Assembly (NCBI GenBank): GCA_963788655.1
Contig: CAWBHS010000101.1
Location: 12,163-76,162, forward strand
DNA: 64,000 nt
From: an uncultured Verrucomicrobiae bacterium
Lineage (GTDB): Bacteria > Verrucomicrobiota > Verrucomicrobiia > Limisphaerales > JAFGQR01
Direction: 5' to 3'
This document shows, in pieces, positions 53,911 through 64,000 of this stretch. The position numbers were made by a program, and so were the translations under genes. A model generated the notes under the pieces. The model was not told where the DNA came from. It saw only the letters and a program-made list of their open reading frames with translations, and searched no databases. Each line of letters opens with the position of its first letter. The first letter of the stretch is position 1.

Positions 53911-54081
53911 GGCGGGGCGAGACTCCGTCGAGCCCTGACATCTCCGAAGCGCATGCGCCAAGCAGAGCGTGAACAATGAGAAAGCCAGGACGTTCGCAAG
54001 CCCGAAGTCTTCCCTCCGTAACAGTATTTGTGGTCGTCAGTGATCCGGAAAAGTCAGGGATCGAAGGAGTCTTGCCCTACC
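53911..54081. repeat. REPIN/MITE-like element, family B, copy 2
   Basis: GGGCGAGACTCCGTCGAGCCCTGAC ... AAGTCAGGGATCGAAGGAGTCTTGCCCTACC. Confidence 0.8.
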
Positions 54082-54130
54082 ATGAGAATCGGCCAGCCCG
54101 CTCGGAGAGACACACCTTCCCTTGAGTCGG

Positions 54131-56966
54131 TTATTCGTTCACCGCTTCTTCGCGCGGCGGAAACTCGAAGCCAACCTTACCCTTTTCGTCCATCACCAGG
54201 AAGGCCGGGAAGGGTCGGCCAGTGCGCGAGACGAAGTCGGTCAGCAAATCCGTCCGGCCCTTGGTCAACAGCTTCTGCAGTTGCTCCCGGTCGATGGCTT
54301 GGTGGAGAATCGTTTTGCCGACCTTGAATTTGCACGGCCGGGTTTCGGCTTGGGACTTCTCGCAAACGTAATTCTCCGGGCCCTCGAACACTTGTCCACC
54401 GCACTTGGGACATTTGCCGAAGGATTCCTGATCGGTGAAGTCGAGCTTGGGCGTCGGCTCCTGGGGAGCGCCGGACTTGGCGGGAGCGGCTTTGCGTTTC
54501 GCTTCGCGCGGCGCGAATTCAAAGCCCACTTTGCCGTCCTTACCCAAAACGAGGAATGCCTTGAAGGTGCGCCCATTGCGTTTGGAAACGAATTTCTCGA
54601 GCAAATCCGTTTTACCTTCGTGCAGCAGCTTGGTCATCTGGGCCCGCTCGACCGGTTGCTGAAGAATGAGCTTGCTCGAACTGAAATCACACTTGCGCCC
54701 GCTGCCCACCGCTTTTTCGCAGACGTAACTCTTGCCGTTATCGTACACCGGCGAGCCGCACTTGGGACATTTGCCCAACGGCTCCTGGCCGCTGAAATCC
54801 ACTTCGGCGCTTTCCTTGTCGCCCTGCTCGTTGTTGCCAAAATCGAACTCGGGTTTGAACTCTGGCGAGAGCTTGAGTTCCGCGGAAAAGAGCCGTCCCA
54901 TTTTGCTGCGGAATCCCTCCAGCGGCCCCACACGCTTGTCTTTCAGCAACGCCTCGACGTCTTCGACTTCAAACTGGCGTCCGGCCAGGACGCGCCATAG
55001 CGCGAAGTCGCATTCGGGATTCTGGCACTGGAACTTCTTGTAGTTTTCCTTCACCACGCCGCCGCATTTCGGGCAGGGCGTTTTGAGCGTGGCAAAATCA
55101 CCGGGCACCGTGTCGCTTTCGTGACTCCGCGCCCGCTCCACAATCTGACGGGTCATCTCGGCGATCTGCGCCATGAACTCCGGGCGCGGGAGTTGACCAC
55201 GCTCCATCTGGCGCAATTTGAATTCCCAGTCGCCGGTCATTTCCGGCGAGCAAAGTTCGGGGAATGTTCAATCCACGCAACAGTGTGATCAGGGAAAAGG
55301 CCTTGGCGGTCGGTTGTAATTCCTTGCCCAGGCGCTGGAGGTATTTCTCGTAGATCAAGCCCTCGATAATCGAGGCGCGGGTCGCTGGCGTGCCCAAGCC
55401 CTTGGCGGCCATGGCGTCGCGCAACTCGTCATCTTCCACCAATTTGCCGGCGGTTTCCATGGCGGTCAGCAGCGTGGCTTCAGTGTACCGCGCCGGCGGT
55501 TTGGTTTGGTTGGCCAGAACTTCCACCGCGGTGGTGTCCACGGTTTCATTGGGCTTCACCGGCACCAGGCTGGGGGCGCCGCTTTCGTCCGCCGTACGGC
55601 CATAAACCGCCAACCAGCCGGGTTTGACCATGACTTTGCCCTCGGTCTTGAATGGTTCGCCTTCAACGCGGGTGATGCGGGTGGTGACCAGGAACTCCGC
55701 CGCCGGAAAAAACACGGCCAGAAACCGTTTCGCCACCAGATCATAAAGCTTGGCTCCGCCTCGCTGAGCGCCCGTGGGGTGGCGAGCGTGGGAATAATGG
55801 CAAAGTGATCGGAAACTTTGGCGTTGTTGAAAATCCGTTTGTTCGGTTTGACCCAGTTCTGGTTCAGGATGGCTTCGGCAGTGGACCCGGTAACTGGTCG
55901 CCTTCAACGTCTCCAAGGTTTGCTGGACCGTGGCCAGGTAGTCCTCCGGCAACGCCCGCGAATCGGTGCGCGGGTAGGTGAGGACTTTGTGCTTTTCGTA
56001 AAGCGCCTGGGCAATGCTCAGCGTATTTTTGGCCGAGAACCCAAAGCGTCCGTTGGCTTCGCGCTGCAGACTGGTCAAGTCGTAGAGCAACGGCGGCGCC
56101 TGGGTGGTGGGCTTGCTTTCTTCGGTGACGATGCCCGGTTTGCCCAGGCACTTGTCGCGAATGGCTTCGGCCCGCGCCACTTCCCAGACCCGCTCGGCTT
56201 TGAGCTCGGTCGATCGCCATTCCGGGATTTGTCTTTGGTGAAATTTTCGTCAAACCAACGGCCTTTGTATTCTCCGGCCTGCGCGGCAAAGGTGCCTTCG
56301 ATTTCCCAGTAATCCTTGGGCACGAACTTCTTGATCTTCTCCTCGCGCTCGACCAGCAGCGTCAAGGTCGGCGTTTGCACGCGGCCCACGGTGGTCAAAT
56401 GAAAGCCGCCGGACTTGGAATTGAACGCCGTCATCGCCCGCGTGCCATTGATGCCCACCAGCCAGTCGGACTCGGAGCGGCAGACCGCGGCATCCGCCAG
56501 CGGGCGCAACGCGGCGTCATCGCGCAGTTGTTGAAAACCTTCGCGGATGGCCGCCGGCGTCATGGATTGCAGCCACAGCCGGTGGATGGCTTTGGGCGTT
56601 TTGGTGTGCTTGGACGATGTAACGGAAGATCAATTCGCCTTCGCGCCCGGCGTCGCAGGCATTGATCAGATTGTCCACGTCCTTGCGCTTGATGAGTTTG
56701 GTCAGCGTCTTGAGCCGGTTGGCGGAACGTTCGATGGGCTTGAGATCAAAATGCGGCGGAATGACCGGCAGATGGGCAAAGGTCCATTTGCCGCGCTTGG
56801 CCTCAACGCCCTCCGGCGCGCACAATTCGAGCAAATGGCCGACTGCCGACGAAAGCACAAACTGGTCGCTCTCGAAGTAGTCGTCCTGCTTTTTGAAACC
56901 GCCCAGCGCCTTGGCGATGTCGCTGGCGACGGACGGTTTCTCCGCGATGATCAATCCCTTACCCAT
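54131..56966 (-). CDS. topB: DNA topoisomerase III (several frameshifts)
   Basis: [37 protein letters not shown] (catalytic Tyr), [10 protein letters not shown]-terminal Zn-ribbon/Toprim C repeats. Confidence 0.94.
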
Positions 56967-57462
56967 AAACAATCTCCGACTTTTACATTGGTCCTTGTCC
57001 TTTAAGCAACGTCACTTTTGCTGTCGGCGGCAAAAAAATGGCCCAAACTGGCGATCAAGTCAAAACGGGAAACGAGCAAATGGGGGGCCAACCAGTTGAC
57101 GAGGAAGGGATTATCACCGCCAAAATGTTTTGGCTGCCGAGGGCCGATCAGGCCAGAGATTATAGCATTCGCAGATTATGCGAATTCCTCAAAGGCATCG
57201 AAATCAGCCCCCTTGGCGCCATTGGTAGTGTAACGAGGCGTGCTCATTGCCAGTGCCGTGAACCAGTGCGGCAAAGATGGCAACTGTGCCAGCATGTTTG
57301 TACTGCTGGCTGGTTCACAGGTAATGAGGGTCTGGCCAATAGAAGCCTTGACCAGCGAGCTGGAGTGGCCCTCTGGCATCACGAAACCCCGCCCGCGGAT
57401 AGTCACCGCTTGCACGGGGACACCGGACATTTGCTATCCACCGATGATGCGCGTCCCAGAGC

Positions 57463-60400
57463 CTAAGGGAAATCCGGCTTAATGCTCAGTTCGAGGCGCC
57501 CTTCCTGGCCATGGCAACTTCCCACGACCACTTGGCATGTCGTACCAGCCGACACTGGAATGCTGAACTGACTGTATCCATAACCGCTGGCTCGCTCTAC
57601 CCGGACCAAAGTGTCAAGTGTGTCTCCCCAATACACTTCGAGATAGCCATTGAAGTACCGTTGTCGTCGCGGCAAAGGTGTACCAACCGTCGCTCGGCGC
57701 CGTCCAGGTCCACCAGACCGAAGCGCCACCGGAACTGCACCCGTGATCCGGCTCGTTGGGTTCAGTGCTGGCAGAGAAGTTGTGTCCCTGCGCGATGACT
57801 TCGCTACCTTCCAAAGTAATCCGGTTGGCAAAGCGATCATTCGCCGCTGGCGGCGGCACGACTTCAAAATCGATGAACCCCGTGACCGCAGCAACTCCCT
57901 CCGTAGTCACCGCAAAGACATAAATCGAGTGCCAACCTTCTCCCGGCACATACGTGACCGAGTAAGGCTCCGAAGCTGAAGCGCCCAACTGTGAATAGCC
58001 GTTATCATAGAAGTCAAGGAAGTCCACCGCGACGAGCGAATGCTCCGGATCGTCCACCGTCACTGCGATCGTAACCGGTGTGCCGATGACGAATTGTTCC
58101 TCGTTAGTTGGGCTGGTGAGACTCACTTGCGGTATCGCTGTTCTCTTCATGATCAGCCGTAACTGCAAGGGGCCGGAACTCCAACCGTCGATCGCAATAC
58201 TGTATTCCACCCCGGCAATTGCGTCGAAGGTTGCCAACGAACCGGTTATGAAATAACCAGACAGATTGCTGGCCACTAAACTAAGCGCGGGAAGGCTGTT
58301 GCCGGTGTAAATGCCCAGCGCATAGTCCCAACCAAACTCACCGTTGACTGAGATGCTGACCGGGCCGCTCGCCGGCGCCGTCCACTTCCACCAGACCGAC
58401 TCTAAGGGTCCCCAATTGCCGAAGCCCGGTTCTCCGCTTTCTGCTGTTGCCATTGAGTTGTCTCCTGCTACGACCAAGTTGGTGCCGGTAATCATGATGC
58501 GGTCGGCAAAGTTGTCGTTTTGCGGTCGGACAATCACCGAGCGATAGTCGTTGGCCCAATACCCCAAGGCATCTTCCGTCTCCGCTTCAAGCCAGTAGTA
58601 GCCGGGGGGCACGTTGCTCCAAACGAAGGAGAAGGGGCTGGTGGTGACCAAGCCAATCGAGTCGCCATTGGCGCTGAGTTCAACTTGTTCCACCGGACTG
58701 GACACTCCCGCAAACGTTCCGGTGATGGTGATGTCGGCCGGAGCCCGATATTCCGTTCCTTCTGCCGGAGAAGTCAGGGAGACGGAGGGCCTGGAGAACA
58801 TCTGAAATTGAAAGGCGCCGACATTCCCGCAAGCATCCCCAATCTTGAGCTGGTAGGTTTCTCCTTGGACCGCGTCGAATTGGGCGTACCCACAACCGCC
58901 GTAACCCGCCGAAGTGAGGCTGCCCAAGGCATTTCCGCGATACACGGCAATACTCGGTTGAACATATCCTGGATAAGCAAAACCGCTTTCCCAAGTGGAA
59001 ATCGTGACTTGTCCGCTGTAGGGCGCCATCCATGACCACCAAACCGATTTGCTAACACCTAACGGTTCGCCCTGTTCCGTCGTCGCCCCGCACAAAGTGC
59101 CTGAAGCCGATGGCGCACCGCCGGTTAACAGAATGGGGTTCGCAAAATCGTCATTCGGCGGTTGGAGGCTCGCGGACGATGGCGTCAGGAAAAGGTCCAA
59201 TTGTTGCCGATAATTGCCGTAGAGATACGCGGTAACAACCGCCGTCTCATAATCCACCGCGGACACTGTGAGTTCGATTGGAATCCAACCAGGTTGCACC
59301 CGCGTTTGAACAAAGTAATTGCCTGAGGAATCGCTGGTCGCTGTTTGGCCGTCCAAAGAACAAACAACACTGGCGCCGGTTATCGGCTGGCCGGTGCAAA
59401 GATCAAGAACCCGTCCGGCAAGACTCGGAAATTCGGTCAAATCCACCAGGCGGCAAAACTGGATCGCATCCGGTGAAGTCAGGCTATTGGTAAACATGTA
59501 GGTGTCGGCTTCGGCAATAAACCGAGATGCTTCCGTCCACTGCGCGAGATCACTGGAAAACTCCACCGCATACACGCGGCCGGTGACGGTGTGGAACGTC
59601 AGCACGACCTCGTTTTGGGCCGGCATACGCTCGATCATCAGGTGCGCGCCGACATCCAGAAAGCGGCTCATGAACGCTTCCACCGTGCTGCGTGCCAGCC
59701 CGCCCATGATCCCCCCAAACGTCGGGTCTGGCAGCGAGCCTGCCGTAATACGGTCGCGGGTAAACTTGGGCAACATCGAACGTGGCGGCATCTGCCCCGC
59801 GAAGTGCTGCCGCAAATACACCGTGTAATTCGTATCCGTCACAAGCACCACTGGTTCGGTCAGCGAATCCATGAGGTTTTGGGCAAGTTCGCGGAAGTGC
59901 TCTTCCGTGTCGGCCATGTCAAAGTCGTATGTGAACAGCCGCACTGTGTTGACGGGGCGGGCGCGGATAAACTCCGAGGCGGCAGAATACAAGTCGATAC
60001 TGTCCACGAACGCACTTCGAGCGGCCAGCAGGTCGTTGGTGGTGGCGAAGGTGAAGAAATTCGTGTGCGCCTCCAGGAAATTCTCCATCGTCACGTCATC
60101 CAGCGTAGCCAGATCGCGAAAGTCAGTGAGTTGCGTGTCCAGATTCCACGAGTTCACCGTGTAGATGAGGTATTCGCCGAATCGCAACAGGGCCCGCAAC
60201 AACAGCAGATCCCCGTAGTCGATCGTCACGCCAACGGTCGTGGTTTCCGCGGCGGTTACCAGCAGCGTGTAGTTGGTATCCGTAATCCGCGCCAGGTTGC
60301 TTTCGGACAGTTGCAGCGCTACTAGGACGTCGGTGCGCAGGAACCCAGTCAAATCGGACGCGGGGAAGTTGGTGGGCACCACCACGTTCATGTTCGTATC

Positions 60401-60711
60401 TTGCGCCGGTTCGCTCTGCCAGGAATATGCGTAACGTCCGGATTCGGAAAAGCCCAAGCGATCCAGCAACACCGTGCCGGCCGGACCGTTCGGGAGCGTC
60501 AACAGGCGCGTCACCGCCGCAAACACATTGGCATCCGCGTGGCCGGGCGTGACCGCGAGAGCAGCCTGAAACTTTTGATCCGCCCGCTCGGCGTCCCGCG
60601 CCGCCAGGAAACCGCGTCCCTGGGTGACCAGCGTGTCGGCGTTTGACTCTGGCCGAGGACCAGCGATGCCGAAAGGACTACCAGCACACCGATGATTGAA
60701 TAATTTTTCAT
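57463..60711 (-). CDS. Large secreted multi-domain protein (~1080 aa; frameshifts near 60550-60630 and 57650) with carboxypeptidase-regulatory-like, Ig-like and three 'NDxFAN...SVWWxWxAP' repeats
   Basis: Signal MKNYSIIGVLVVLSASLVLG after GGAG RBS; PPNDDFAN/PQNDNFAD/AANDRFAN repeats; VSLTSP Ig modules. Confidence 0.8.
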
Positions 60712-60733
60712 GAGTCTCCTTTTGAGTTGAGGG

Positions 60734-61381
60734 TTATGGATTTAAAAAATTGGGAACAGTTGAACCATCGGGAAGTATCATTTTCGTGCGACCAGACACC
60801 AGGTCGCAATTCAGTTTGCCGCTACCGATACTTTGCCACTGACCTGAGGCATCGAGGATAGTGCAACCTGATAACCTGAGCGAACCGTCGCTGTCAATGT
60901 GGGCTTCCTTCGCTTTGAGCCGCGGTTCAGTTTCTCCGGAGAAGCGGATCGAGAACCTTTTCATTTCCAGCGCGTCGGTTGACCGCATCCCCGGCAAACC
61001 TGCCCGCAGCCGGCTCAGCAATCCATCCATTCCCGGTGCTTCCAACAGCTCAATCTCGACATCTTCCGCCACGACCGCCGGCAACACGCCGATTCGAAAA
61101 AAGGCACGACGTTGAAATCCGTTATGGATCGCACCAACGCGCACAATGGCCGACGGTTTGCCGCCACCATTCGAGAACACGGGAATCACGGCGCCACAAA
61201 CGTGCTGCTGCTCCGCCTCAAGCCAGGGCAGACACGATATCACCCCCAGCAGTATGACAGACCTGAGCAGCGCATGAAGACAATCGTGCCACCTGGGCGA
61301 TATCGCCGGGTGCGATCTGACCAATCGGGTTCCGCAGTGAGGCTGCATGGAACACGCAAGTCCCTTTGGTTTGCGAAACAT
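60734..61381 (-). CDS. Hypothetical protein (start uncertain)
   Basis: ORF with a hydrophobic N-terminal segment, co-oriented between two secreted-protein genes. Confidence 0.55.
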   Translation of the reverse strand: MFRKPKGLACSMQPHCGTRLVRSHPAISPRWHDCLHALLRSVILLGVISCLPWLEAEQQHVCGAVIPVFSNGGGKPSAIVRVGAIHNGFQRRAFFRIGVLPAVVAEDVEIELLEAPGMDGLLSRLRAGLPGMRSTDALEMKRFSIRFSGETEPRLKAKEAHIDSDGSLRLSGCTILDASGQWQSIGSGKLNCDLVSGRTKMILPDGSTVPNFLNP

Positions 61382-61464
61382 CGCTGTTTTCCAAGATTCG
61401 CGGCTTTCACTTTGTCGGCGTTTCGTACGATCCCCGAAAGCTTTTTCTTTCTGCGCAAATTTCT

Positions 61465-61534
61465 GCCGCCAAAGAACACAAAGATCACAAAGAAAGAAAG
61501 TTGTGTCTTTGCGTCTCTTGCGTTCTTTTGTGGC
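61465..61534. repeat. Inverted nonamer-repeat palindrome (CACAAAGAA-type)
   Basis: GCCGCCAAAGAACACAAAGATCACAAAGA ... TCTTTGCGTCTCTTGCGTTCTTTTGTGGC. Confidence 0.7.
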
Positions 61535-61620
61535 TATCATCTTTGGTTGCGGCGCCAGCCGCCCTGCGCTTATGTGTGGGTAGCTTCTATTGACCTTTCA
61601 AACGGACCATGGATTGTTTG

Positions 61621-64000
61621 TTAGTCTTTCCGCACCCGGAAAAAGATAGGGCGATTCGTGGCGTCCATCGGTTCGATAGCTTGAATGAGGTCCGTGGTCG
61701 CATGGGTTACGTGGCCGACGGAGGACCACGAGTTCGAATCAGACAAGTCGGTGGTGGACTCCAGGGTCCAATTCCAATTGGTCAGGCCATAGAAGAGCAA
61801 TAACGGCTGCCCATTGGTCCAGCTAGCGGCTTCCAGGAGGGGAAGGCTTCCAATCACAGCCACGCGTCCCGGTTGCCCTGTACGCGTTGGCCACGGCGTT
61901 ACCGTCCGGCTTGGTTCCTTCGATGTCCGTGATGTGCAGCCATACGAACTTCGAAGATTGGTCGGGCAATGCCTCAAACCCGAGTTCGGCTAAATTGGTG
62001 GGCCCGTGCAGCACCCGATCCACCGGCAATGTCCAATTCACCGTTGCCTCCTTTTCGTTGGTCAGGTCAACAACGGATGGCTGACATACTGTGTGTCCAC
62101 GTCCATGGTGAAGTTCGTAAAGCGCTCGGGTTGATATTCCACCACAAACGCCAGGTTCGTTAATTCGACCGTGGACAACAATTGGACAGATACAGAGTTG
62201 GAACCGCCGGCATGAACCGCGGTGTTCCCCAGGCTGGCCTCCACGCATTCCAGGACCATGACCGTGAGGTTCGTTTCTCCGCTGGCGTTGGCGCTGTCGG
62301 TGACGCGGAGGATCACTTGAGTAGTAGTGCTGCCCTGGTCGCAGCGAGGCGTCCAGCGAGACTCGCCGGTCTTGGGATCGATGCTGGCTCGATCCGGTGC
62401 TTGCACCAGGCTGAAGGTCAGGTTTGTTGCGGGCTCGTCGAGGTCAGCGGCAGTGCAAGTCACCACCAGCGTCTCGTTCACCTTGATCGCGCAATTGTTG
62501 GTGGACAATTGCTCGAACCACGGCGGGCTGTTGGCTGGCGTTGTGGTGCATGCGGTCACTATGGAGTTCGTGGGCTGCACCTGCCCGGTGCCGTCCTGCG
62601 CCTGGCTGTAAAAGCAGTAGGCTGCGTTGGTCTGGCCGAGAAAGCGCTCCGAGGTCTGCGGCGTGTTGGCCAGCCATAGCGCCCATGGGTCGCTGTTTGT
62701 CCGCACATAAACGTCGTAACCGGTGATTCTTGCCCCCAGGTCATCGCCGGCCCAAGAAACATTGAACATTGCGCCTGGCGCTTCGGACGGTAAAGCAACC
62801 ACGGCACTGCTCGGCGGGTCAGCGTCGATCGTCACCAGCGCCTGTTTGTTCGTGTCAATGCCTTAGATGGGTCGTGTGGGTCCACCCAATCCGTGGCGAT
62901 GGCGGGCGGTCGAAAGTAATCCAGGCCACGTTACGGATTTCGGTGCCGGTTACGAGGCCGTCCGTGGCCCGGATAACGTAGCTGAGGTGGCCGTAACCGC
63001 GGCCGGTGCCGTTTTCGGGTGGCAACATGCCAATGTCCACCGGCGGAGGTAGTCCGTTGGTGGGATTGAGGGATTGGAACCGGGCATAGACCTCGCCCGT
63101 GTCCAGGTGAATGCCCGCCTCAATCTGCACCTCAAAGTGATAGCCGTTCTGGTAACTTGGCGGTTTCGAAATGCTGCATGTGCGGCGGGACGGCGATGAA
63201 CTGATCGCCAAACGCAATCTCCGTCAGCTCAAACGTGGTCCAATCCAGCCGGTTCGTCAGCCGGTCACTCAAGACCACCTGTTGGGCCGGGGCCGTGGCG
63301 TTGGTTTCGTTCTCAAAGTGAATCGTGTAGGGCAATAGGCTGTCGGTCCGGACGAAGTTGTTGGAGCCGTAGCCGGCGGGCCCAATCAGTTCGTTTGGAT
63401 CCCTGCTCCTGGTTAGCCATTGTATGAACCTCTTGTGCCAACTTTCGGGAGTCAACGGAGGATCAATTAGCGTCGAAGTAAAGTCAAACCAGTCTTGGCA
63501 TGGCCTAGCCACGCCGTAGCATGGAGCATCCGGAAGCAATTCTCGACATGCCCCTTGGTTTATGGTCGCCGGCTCAAAGCACCGCTTGTTGCTGAGTGCA
63601 TTGCACGTTCCGCTCAAACACTTCTCGCACGCCGCGCTGGTGCATTGTGTTGCTGCCGCCTGCAATCCGGAAGGATCGATTTTTTCGGCCGGTGTAGTGG
63701 CGTAACGGTGCAGATTTACATCACCAGTGAATAAGCCCAGAGGATCGGCAGAAAGAAAGCGCCCCGACTGACTGTCGTAAGTTCGCGCTCGCATATAATT
63801 AATCCTGAAATCATCCGTCATAACCGAAGATTCGCCCACAAACTGGAAAACGTCGTCAATAGTTTGCGATTCAACAATTTGCTCACCAAACGGCAGATTA
63901 GCGGTCCAGATTTTAGAACAGAAAACGATTCGCCCAGCAATTAGATCGCGCTGCCCAGTGCGTCAAAGGCGTAGTAGTTCCCGGTCAGATGCTGCTCGGC
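61621..64000 (-). CDS. RHS repeat-associated core protein, C-terminal part (5' end outside window; several frameshifts)
   Basis: YYAFDALGS, LPFGE, FQFVG, YMRARTYDSQSGRFLSADPLG, NLHRY, KIDPSGL. Followed by DPNELIGP/YTIHFENE, Fn3/cadherin-like segments and a terminal ...IFFRVRKD. Confidence 0.85.

Noticed and set aside
57176..57430. 84-aa minus-strand ORF between the Ig-repeat gene and topB
   Set aside because: No convincing start or family motif; cannot be distinguished from a remnant or a chance ORF.
1..64000. Mass pseudogenisation or programmed frameshifting (dnaA, kamA, TPR, kinase, topB, RHS and others)
   Set aside because: Breaks are single-base indels, often at short homopolymers, including in dnaA and topB, without accumulated in-frame stops. 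This is typical of unpolished long-read consensus. Only the hsdR and TPR fragments look truly decayed.

Overview
GC-rich bacterial chromosomal segment, most likely Verrucomicrobiota. This is inferred from the VPxx-CTERM, H-X9-DG prepilin, LpxI, NamZ-fusion and 'TNL..W..FYR'-module proteins and from the intergenic repeat families. The window opens in the 3' end of dnaA and carries housekeeping genes (moaA, kamA-like, nth, mqnC, lpxI, dacB, topB), a three-gene two-component cluster and several secreted hydrolases. Three accessory blocks stand out. (i) 16.2-24.4 kb: a TPR lipoprotein, a PEP-CTERM-type protein and a ~1270-aa modular surface protein. (ii) 26.4-29.7 kb: a Type II restriction-modification island (XRE controller, AccI-like endonuclease, convergent N6-adenine MTase) beside a decayed hsdR, between two paralogous Tat-exported enolase-superfamily genes. 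A 17-bp sequence (16/17 identical) lies upstream of both the C-R operon and the MTase, and GTCGAC appears absent from the whole window. (iii) 57.5-64 kb: large secreted Ig-like proteins, including an RHS protein whose DPSGL cleavage motif is followed by an 8-Cys segment and then ~600 aa of further domains. Many genes, including dnaA and topB, carry single-base frameshifts that look like sequencing or assembly errors. Numerous REP/REPIN-like palindromes and short tandem repeats fill the intergenic regions. No rRNA, tRNA, CRISPR array or transposase was recognised. All family assignments are from motif recognition by eye, not database searches.
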